Source of the DNA: Flavobacterium sp.
Lineage (GTDB): Bacteria; Bacteroidota; Bacteroidia; Flavobacteriales; Flavobacteriaceae
Direction of reading: 5' to 3'
Assembly: GCF_044339515.1 (NCBI RefSeq)
Contig: NZ_JBIIVK010000007.1
Span: forward strand, 6,776 to 70,775
DNA length: 64,000 nt
Positions 56,732 through 64,000 of this stretch are shown in pieces. The stretch's first letter is position 1. Each line of letters opens with the position of its first letter. Position numbers and translations under genes: made by a program. The notes under the pieces are model-generated. The model ran no database searches and was not told the DNA's origin. It saw nothing but the letters and a program-made list of their open reading frames with translations.

Positions 56732-58077
56732 TCGATTTTATCATCAAATCATCCTTCAGTCTAAGCGTGTTTTTCATTTTCTATAATTTATTTTTAGAAA
56801 ACGAAAAGATGCATTTATTCAATCGGTTTTATCTTTTGATTACATTGTTGTTTTCGCTTGTTATTCCGTTTATAACCATTCAAACGGCAAAAGAAATTCC
56901 GATACAAGTTTTTCAAACCATCATTTCAGAACCAATTTTAACAAGCCAAAAAGAAAAGTTGGCATATCAATTCAATTGGAATGCTTTCCTCACTATCGGC
57001 TACGTTACAGTTATGGTTATATTGCTTCTTCGTTTCACAAAAAATGTATTTATTTTATTCAAAAAAGCAAAAACAAGTTCATCTGTTTATTTCAAAAACA
57101 CTAAAATCATTTTATTAGACGAAAAAGTTATTCCACACACTTTTCTCAATTTTATTTTCGTCAATAAACACGATTTTCAAAGCAATCAAATTCAAGAAGA
57201 ATTGTTTGCTCACGAACTTGTTCACATTCAACAAAAGCACAGTTTAGACATACTTTTCATCGAAATTCTAAAAACAGTATTTTGGTTTAATCCGCTTTTT
57301 TATGCTTACAAAAAAGCAATTCAATTAAACCATGAATTTTTAGCCGATGAAAATATTGTAAAAAAATACAACAATGTTCCGTTTTATCAAGCCCTTTTGC
57401 TCAATACAAACGGAAGCAAACCGATTTACTTGGCCAGTAATTTAAATTATTTAGTAACCAAAAAACGATTAATTATGATGACAAAAAGCACATCAAAACA
57501 AATTGGCTTTTTTAAAAAAGCACTTGTTTTACCAATAGTATTAATGATTTTTATGATTTCATGTGTTCAAGAAAAACAACTTAGTGAGCTTGAAGTTGTT
57601 GAAACCACTTGGGAGGAAGCAATCGAAGTTCAAGAAAAAGCAAGAAGTAATGAATCTCAACAGCCTAATTATTATGATAATACTACAGTTGTTTTCAAAG
57701 ACAAAGACGGCATAAAAAAAGAAGTGAAATATGCCGACTTAGACGAAGATCAGAAGAATCAAATTCCTCCGCCACCACCTTCTCCTCCTGGGAAAATAAA
57801 AGTATTACAGACTCAATTACAAAAATTTAAAAACAAAACCAATTATGCAGTTTGGGTTGATGGAATTGTCATTGAAAACGAAAAATTAAATTCATATAGC
57901 CCAAATGATTTTGTGTTCGTAACCGAAAGTTTTGTTCATAAAAATGCACGAAGCAAACGATTTCCGCAAGAAAAGCAAGTGCATTTATATTCAGAGAAAG
58001 GATTTAAAAAAGCATTTTTGAATAACGAGGATTACGCTCCTAATCAAACAATTTATTTAGACGGTACAAAAAAGTAA
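56728..58077 (+). CDS. BlaR1-like M56 metallopeptidase signal transducer
   Basis: HELVHIQQKH, FWFNP, HEFLAD, KKRLIMM; ATGA overlap with the repressor gene. Confidence 0.92.
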   Translation: MIDFIIKSSFSLSVFFIFYNLFLENEKMHLFNRFYLLITLLFSLVIPFITIQTAKEIPIQVFQTIISEPILTSQKEKLAYQFNWNAFLTIGYVTVMVILLLRFTKNVFILFKKAKTSSSVYFKNTKIILLDEKVIPHTFLNFIFVNKHDFQSNQIQEELFAHELVHIQQKHSLDILFIEILKTVFWFNPLFYAYKKAIQLNHEFLADENIVKKYNNVPFYQALLLNTNGSKPIYLASNLNYLVTKKRLIMMTKSTSKQIGFFKKALVLPIVLMIFMISCVQEKQLSELEVVETTWEEAIEVQEKARSNESQQPNYYDNTTVVFKDKDGIKKEVKYADLDEDQKNQIPPPPPSPPGKIKVLQTQLQKFKNKTNYAVWVDGIVIENEKLNSYSPNDFVFVTESFVHKNARSKRFPQEKQVHLYSEKGFKKAFLNNEDYAPNQTIYLDGTKK

Positions 58078-58221
58078 CATGTAGTTTAAATCTAAAGTAA
58101 GTCCTGTAAGATTGTTCAAATCTTGCAGGATTTTTTCTAACCGCCATTTTTTCAACAAATTACAACAATTTAAAATTTTTGGCGTTAAATTTGTATCAAT
58201 CATCATCAAAAATCAATCCTC

Positions 58222-59322
58222 ATGCTCAAAAAATTCTTCCTGCTTTGTTCGGGTGCCGACAAGCAAATCATCGAAAGTTGTTCCAACGGCGAACAAAACA
58301 AATATGTCGGAATTGGTGCTACCGTTTTCTTTACGGCAGTGATGGCTTTTATTGCCGGCAGTTATGCACTTTACACCGTTTTTGACAACGTTTATATTGC
58401 GGTATTTTTTGGATTCGTTTGGGGTTTACTCATCTTTAACCTTGACCGTTTTATTGTTTCCACCATCAAAAAAAGAGACAGCTTTCTGGATGAATTCATT
58501 CAAGCTTCTCCCCGAATTGTGTTGGCGGTGATTATTGCTATTGTTATTTCAAAACCATTGGAAATCAAAATTTTTGAAAAAGAAATCAATACCGTTTTGT
58601 TGAAAGAGAAGAATGAAATGGCAATGAATAACAAAAAACAAGTGGCCAATTATTTTCAATCCGACGTAGATCAAAACAAAGCTCAAATCGACAGTCTCAA
58701 ATCAGACATCCTGAAAAAAGAAAAAGAAGTCAACGATTTATATGCTGTTTATATTACCGAAGCTGAAGGAACAGCCGGAACCAAAAAGCTTGGAAAAGGC
58801 CCGGTTTACAAAGAAAAACGTGAAAAACACGATGCTGCATTACAGGAATTAGCCACTTTAAAAACCACCAATCAAGCCAAAATCGCTGAATTGGAAACAA
58901 AAGGCAAAACCCTTCAAACTGATTTAGATAAAAAAGTAGCCGAAACCCAACCTATCATTGATGGATTTGATGGGTTGATGGCTCGCATCAATGCGTTGGA
59001 TAAATTACCTTGGTTGCCATCGTTTTTTATCATGTTACTTTTCTTGGCAATTGAAACATCACCCATTATTGCCAAATTACTATCACCACGTGGTGAATAT
59101 GATTTTAAACAAGAAGAAGGCGAATTAGCCGTGAAAAACGTTTTGGCTCAAAATAAATACCAAAGTGATTTGCAAAAACAAACCGATGCTTCAATCTACG
59201 ATAAAGTCTATGCCGACATTCGAGACGACAAAGGGTTATATGATTATAAGAAAAAACGAGCGATTGAATTGCTAGAATTACAAGCGGATGGTTTTGTGGA
59301 GAAACAGAAGAAAAGTTTATAG
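58222..59322 (+). CDS. DUF4407-type membrane / coiled-coil protein
   Basis: CSGAD...KYVGIGATV, FNLDRFIVS, PRIVLA, GKGPVY. Confidence 0.8.
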   Translation: MLKKFFLLCSGADKQIIESCSNGEQNKYVGIGATVFFTAVMAFIAGSYALYTVFDNVYIAVFFGFVWGLLIFNLDRFIVSTIKKRDSFLDEFIQASPRIVLAVIIAIVISKPLEIKIFEKEINTVLLKEKNEMAMNNKKQVANYFQSDVDQNKAQIDSLKSDILKKEKEVNDLYAVYITEAEGTAGTKKLGKGPVYKEKREKHDAALQELATLKTTNQAKIAELETKGKTLQTDLDKKVAETQPIIDGFDGLMARINALDKLPWLPSFFIMLLFLAIETSPIIAKLLSPRGEYDFKQEEGELAVKNVLAQNKYQSDLQKQTDASIYDKVYADIRDDKGLYDYKKKRAIELLELQADGFVEKQKKSL

Positions 59323-59353
59323 TCTAGTAAAAACTAAAAAGGATAAATACTCA

Positions 59354-59383
59354 AAAACCCTGTGAAATTTTCACAGGGTTTTA
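59354..59383. terminator. Bidirectional terminator
   Basis: AAAACCCTGTGAAA-TTTTCACAGGGTTTT. Confidence 0.85.
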
Positions 59384-59582
59384 TATTTAATTACATCATT
59401 TGCAGCTTTTTATCATCTAGCATTTTTGATTATTTATAAAGACTCAGATTTTTAGATTAGTCATTAGCAACTGCTAAATGTTTCCCCTTAATTTTATTAT
59501 CAACAAAGCTACATTCAAAAGAAATTTTTAGATTGTGGTATTTATATTCTTTTTTTTGATGTAATTAAAAACAAAATATGAT

Positions 59583-60770
59583 TTATTTATAGCTAATTGC
59601 TATTTGCCCAATTTGCCCAACAATTTTTAAGGAATCCTTGAACGATAGTTTAGAACCATCAGCATGAATCCATCTTTTTAACGGTTGCTCACAGATTAGT
59701 TCTTTTGCTTTTGTTGAACCATATGCTTTTTTCATTCGCATAAAAATTTCAACATCAAACAACCATTTGGTTAAAAATTTAGTTTTAAAAGTTTTTTCAA
59801 TAATTTCTTTGGTCATTACTTTTGCACCACATTGGGTATCTTTTATATCCATACCTAATGTTTTTCTGATAAAGAAGTTGATTGTATTGTTAATAATCGC
59901 ACTGCTAGATTCTTTGGTAATATCAGCACCCATCCGGCTCATTCTTGAACCAGTAACAATTTGAAAATCAGAGGTGGATATTGTGTTGACCAAATCTTGA
60001 AAATCTTCAAAATTTGTAGATAAATCGGCGTCTAAAAAACCTATATAATTATATTGATTTTTAGTGTTTAAGTGTAACATACCTAATCTAACAGCCTCCG
60101 CTTTTCCACCGTTTTTTTCACAATTATAAATACTGATGTAATCTTCTTTTCCTTTTCTCAATTTTTCAAGTACTTCCAATGTATTGTCTTTACTGCCATC
60201 GTTTACAAAGCATAAATGATAGCCTAAATTTTTATCAATAAATTTTTTAAATTCATCGGTTGGTAACCTTTCTGCTTCATTGTAACAGGGAATAACTACA
60301 CCTACACAACCTTTTTGTATGTATTTTTCTGATGTTTCAGTTTTTCCAATTTCAATAGGTATAGCAGGACCAATTAATCTTTTTACACGTGCACCGATTT
60401 CAGTTAAACTAACCGGTTTTTTCATATAATCATCAATACCTAATTCAAATCCCTGAGAAATTATTGATTCATCTGTATTTCCTGATAAAACCATAATCGG
60501 AATTTGGTGGTTTTGTGTTTGTCTGATATATTTTACTAATTCTAAACCAACCGTGCATTGAGTTATAACTGAATTTTTTGAATTGTAGCGATTGATAATA
60601 TCAGGCATATTTACATCAGAAATAATTAAATCCGGCAGAAAAGAATCATAAATAAAAATAGCTTCATAAATGTTATTCACACTTTTTATTTTGTAACCTA
60701 AGTCAGACAGGCATTTTTCTAGCGAGATTAAAACTAATTCCTGGTCATCAACTATTAATATTTTTTTCAT
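59583..60770 (-). CDS. Receiver domain fused to a GT2 (Dol-P-glucosyltransferase-like) glycosyltransferase
   Basis: VDD...SDVNMP...LSG...KKP; VIPCYNEAERL, NDGS, GKAEAV, DAD, DTQCG, WLFDVE. Confidence 0.9.
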   Translation of the reverse strand: MKKILIVDDQELVLISLEKCLSDLGYKIKSVNNIYEAIFIYDSFLPDLIISDVNMPDIINRYNSKNSVITQCTVGLELVKYIRQTQNHQIPIMVLSGNTDESIISQGFELGIDDYMKKPVSLTEIGARVKRLIGPAIPIEIGKTETSEKYIQKGCVGVVIPCYNEAERLPTDEFKKFIDKNLGYHLCFVNDGSKDNTLEVLEKLRKGKEDYISIYNCEKNGGKAEAVRLGMLHLNTKNQYNYIGFLDADLSTNFEDFQDLVNTISTSDFQIVTGSRMSRMGADITKESSSAIINNTINFFIRKTLGMDIKDTQCGAKVMTKEIIEKTFKTKFLTKWLFDVEIFMRMKKAYGSTKAKELICEQPLKRWIHADGSKLSFKDSLKIVGQIGQIAISYK

Positions 60771-61212
60771 GATATTTTTTAATTTTTTTCAATGTAAAGG
60801 AGCAAAAGTACTTTCGTTATTTTTATTTCATTTAATAATTAGACCAATACTAATTAAAGTATCGATGAATGGTAATTTACTGTAGATTTATCTTTTTTTC
60901 TTCAACACATTTATGTTCTATTTTTATTATAGATTATCATTAAGTTAGTGTGAAGGAAAACACCAATAAATATTAAATTGTTTCCTTGTTCTTTCACTAT
61001 TGTTTCAAGGGAGTACTTTTTTTTTACTTGAGTAAACTAGTGATGCTTTAATGATAAAGTGTATTTCGCAATTGGAGACAACAAAGGTTTATAAGATAAC
61101 AAGAAAAAAATAGTCATTGATTTTTTTGAATCACAAGCGGACGCATTTGTGGAGTAACAGACAAAAAATTTATAAATTGCATGTTCATCAATTAACGGCT
61201 AAAAAAATATTA

Positions 61213-61947
61213 TTAATTAATTTCTACTCCTGTTAAATTCTCTAAAAGTCCTTTTGAAGTTGAAAAATCTGATTTGGCTTGTTCAAATTCTGCAGCAATT
61301 CGTGCTGTCATATCTGAAATTCTAACATATTCTGAAATGGGAATTAAACCATTTCTAAATTCTTTTTCTACCATTTCCATATTTACTTTAGCGTTGCCTA
61401 AATTGGAAGATCTTAATACTAGTATTTTTTGCTTAAGTATTAAGTCTTCATAATGTCTTATTACAAATTCTCGCAGTTCTTGTTCTTGAAATTTAGCTAA
61501 ACTTTTTGCTTGTTCTAATTCTGCTTTAGCTTGTTTAACTTCAGTTTTTCGATTGATAATGTCAAAAACGGGTATCTTTAGATAAACTCCAACATTATAA
61601 TTAAATTGTTGCGTGTTACTGGCAAGATTTACAATGTCATTTTCACCGCTGGTTGTAGAAAAATTATTAAATGTTCCAAATCCTGAATTGGCTTGAATTC
61701 CAAGATTTCTGGTCCAATTTTGACGTTTGCTCGTTAGATTATATTCTTTTGCTTCAATTTCCAGAGTTCTGTATTCTAACATTCCATTTTTTACTAATGC
61801 TGAATCTATAAAAACTTCAAGACTTGGTAAAACAAATTTTGATGTTTCTTCTTTGATTTCCAATTCATTTGCAGTTTGTGCAATTGATACCAAAGGTAAA
61901 ATTGAAATTGCATGAAGTGCTAGTAAGGTTTTTATGCTATTTTTCAT
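61213..61947 (-). CDS. Short TolC/OEP-like outer-membrane protein
   Basis: Signal peptide, LKIPVFD, EKEFRNG helical hairpin; only 244 aa. Confidence 0.7.
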   Translation of the reverse strand: MKNSIKTLLALHAISILPLVSIAQTANELEIKEETSKFVLPSLEVFIDSALVKNGMLEYRTLEIEAKEYNLTSKRQNWTRNLGIQANSGFGTFNNFSTTSGENDIVNLASNTQQFNYNVGVYLKIPVFDIINRKTEVKQAKAELEQAKSLAKFQEQELREFVIRHYEDLILKQKILVLRSSNLGNAKVNMEMVEKEFRNGLIPISEYVRISDMTARIAAEFEQAKSDFSTSKGLLENLTGVEIN

Positions 61948-62009
61948 TGTTTTTTATTTTTTAAAGTAGGGTAGTATTTTTATTTTGTAAACTTGAGATT
62001 GGTTGAAAT

Positions 62010-63194
62010 TTAAACAGTACTTTTTTGAATTAACCCCGGAAATGTTCTCAAAATTAATCTCATATCATACCAAAAAGAATAGTTTTTATCAATAAAGTAA
62101 TCTGCGTATTTATTATCTAATTCAATACGTTCTTCTTCAGACATATTTCCTGCTTTTCCTCTTAATTCTACTTGCCATAATCCGGTAATTCCTGCTGGAG
62201 CTAAAAATCTTTTTGATATGACATCTTTTGTTAATAATTCAGCTTCATATACCGGCAATGGACGATTTCCCACAATAGACATATCACCTTTAAGAACATT
62301 AATTAATTGTGGTAATTCATCAATACTGGTATTTCTGATAAACTTTCCAATTTTTGTAATTCTTGGGTCATTTACAATTTTTATAAAAGTGGCATTGTTT
62401 TTTTCTATGGTATTTTTTTGATGATTATACCAATAATCACAGATTCTATTTCCGTCTATGTGCAATATTGGAGAGCAACTTTCGTCTTTTGGCATGGTGC
62501 TACACTTTACACAAGGTTTTTTGAAATCAATACTTTGCACAGCATTATGCTTATTATACTGATTGTTTTCTACCGCAAGTTTTTTTATAAGTTCGTCTGA
62601 ACCTGAACGCATGGATCTTAACTTATAAAAATCAAAGGTTTTTCTGCCTACACGTTTTGAAATGTAATATACTTTTCCTTTGGATTCAAGTCGGATAGCT
62701 AACATAATGAAAAGCATAAACGGTGCAATGATTAGTAATACTGATGTAGCAAAAACAACATCAAAAATTCTTTTTGACCTAGGCATTTTAAATTTTTTTT
62801 CAGCATCTAAAATGTTAATGTCATTCCAGTTTAATGTTTTTAAATTATGTAAGGATTCTGCTCTTGCTATAATTTTACTAACGGATGAAGATGTAGAAAC
62901 AAAAAAGTCACTAATTCCTTTTGAAAATGCCTCTTTAAATAGTTTCTTGTTGAACTCTTCGTTTATTAATATAAATGGGATTTCAGAATATAAAGGGGTT
63001 TTTTGTAAGGTTTGAAAAAAATATAATCCAGAGTTTCCGGGTAAATTAAAATCAGCAATAATTACATCAACGTTTTTGCTTTTTATGACTTGTAATGCTT
63101 CTAAACTATTTCGAGCTGACCACAATACTATATTTTTTTCTTTTGCATATTGCTCATAACTTGAAAATGAATTTCCTATATATAAAATGTCCAT
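62010..63194 (-). CDS. Atypical receiver domain fused to a bacterial sugar transferase (priming phosphoglycosyl transferase)
   Basis: KRIFD, FYKLRSM, DPRITKIGKFIRNTSIDELPQL, GDMSIVGNRP, PAGITGLWQV. Confidence 0.92.
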   Translation of the reverse strand: MDILYIGNSFSSYEQYAKEKNIVLWSARNSLEALQVIKSKNVDVIIADFNLPGNSGLYFFQTLQKTPLYSEIPFILINEEFNKKLFKEAFSKGISDFFVSTSSSVSKIIARAESLHNLKTLNWNDINILDAEKKFKMPRSKRIFDVVFATSVLLIIAPFMLFIMLAIRLESKGKVYYISKRVGRKTFDFYKLRSMRSGSDELIKKLAVENNQYNKHNAVQSIDFKKPCVKCSTMPKDESCSPILHIDGNRICDYWYNHQKNTIEKNNATFIKIVNDPRITKIGKFIRNTSIDELPQLINVLKGDMSIVGNRPLPVYEAELLTKDVISKRFLAPAGITGLWQVELRGKAGNMSEEERIELDNKYADYFIDKNYSFWYDMRLILRTFPGLIQKSTV

Positions 63195-63228
63195 AAGATA
63201 TTTGTATTATTTGGAGTCAAAAAATGAA

Positions 63229-63615
63229 CTACCAAGCGTTAGCATAATGAATTGGGAATAGATTTTTTTTTGTGATTTCCAATAACTCTTCCGGATTAAA
63301 GGGTTTTGTTAAATAATCTTGTGCTCCTAATTGATAACACTTTATTCTTTCTTTACTTTCTTTGTTGGCAGATAACATTACTACCGGTGTGTGCATATGA
63401 AATCCTATTAATCGAACTTCTTTTAGTAATTCATAACCAGACATTCCGGGCATTTGAATATCAGTAATAATTAAGTCTGGCAAATGGTTATTGAGCCATG
63501 CTAATGCTTCAATACCTGAGCTTTTTGTAACAACATTATAGTCTTTTGACAAAAAATTTTCTAATAATAAGCAAGTAGTTTGTTCATCATCTACTACGAG
63601 TATCATTTTTTTCAT
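63229..63615 (-). CDS. Stand-alone response regulator (REC)
   Basis: VVDD, ITDIQMP, LSA, KPF. Confidence 0.93.
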   Translation of the reverse strand: MKKMILVVDDEQTTCLLLENFLSKDYNVVTKSSGIEALAWLNNHLPDLIITDIQMPGMSGYELLKEVRLIGFHMHTPVVMLSANKESKERIKCYQLGAQDYLTKPFNPEELLEITKKNLFPIHYANAW

Positions 63616-63772
63616 TTCTATAATTTTAATTTGTTAAGAGTTGTAATCGATTATTTTTACTAATACCGTTTTAAGCTATTTTAAGATTTTTTACGGAAGT
63701 GAAAATTTTAGAGCCATTGAAACAATGGAATTTGAAACCTAAAAAAGTATAATAAACAAAGGCTTTTTGACT

Positions 63773-64000
63773 TTATATAATGGTTTTGAAATAAGAAATT
63801 GTTTTTTCTAAACCTTCATCTAAATTTACTTTTGGAGACCAATTGAGTTCTTTTTTGGCAAGAGAAATGTCGGGTTTTCTCATTAATGGATCATCGGAAG
63901 GCAACGGCTTGTATATTATCTTCGACTTTGAATCGGTTAACTTGATAACTTTTTCTGCAAGCTCTAAAATGGTAAATTCATCCGGATTTCCAATATTTAT
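63773..64000 (-). CDS. UDP-glucuronate decarboxylase / NAD-dependent epimerase family, C-terminal part (runs off the right edge)
   Basis: Hand translation: [54 protein letters not shown]...TII*. Confidence 0.88.
   Translation of the reverse strand: MNIGNPDEFTILELAEKVIKLTDSKSKIIYKPLPSDDPLMRKPDISLAKKELNWSPKVNLDEGLEKTISYFKTII

Noticed and set aside
811-63015. Many 60-112 aa antisense or overlapping ORFs in the track (e.g. 811-1095, 5122-5448, 24749-25087, 41977-42195, 62680-63015)
   Set aside because: They are shadows of well-supported genes or tRNAs on the other strand or frame and carry no recognisable motifs.

Overview
AT-rich Bacteroidota chromosome segment, most consistent with Flavobacterium: promoters follow TTG-N19-TAnnTTTG, several proteins carry T9SS tails, mevalonate genes are present, and DnaE is fused to an exonuclease. 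Most of it is housekeeping: trmB, mrp/nifU/FNR/fdx, gcdH, rimM-rpsP, dnaE, trxA, tRNA-Asp, tRNA-Leu, mevalonate genes, peptidases, and a two-component system with a MacAB-TolC-type exporter. Four accessory modules stand out. (1) A Fic-HTH gene is bracketed exactly by identical 44-bp palindromic direct repeats. (2) A seven-gene polyamine-related envelope operon (speD-like, DUF4178, microprotein, DUF350, membrane aminopropyltransferase, Tat-lipoprotein flavoenzyme, His-rich membrane protein). (3) A defence insert between dnaE and trxA holds a -1-frameshifted Type IIG-like restriction-modification gene and an Abi_2/AbiF-like HEPN gene, followed by an unannotated ~90-nt structured RNA with its own promoter and terminator (candidate RNA antitoxin; top finding). 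(4) A glycan locus with receiver-domain-fused glycosyltransferases runs off the right end. There are also two copies of a covarying ~150-nt hairpin element and many 7/8-mer arrays. No CRISPR array, rRNA or transposase was seen. All family names come from motif recognition, not database searches.
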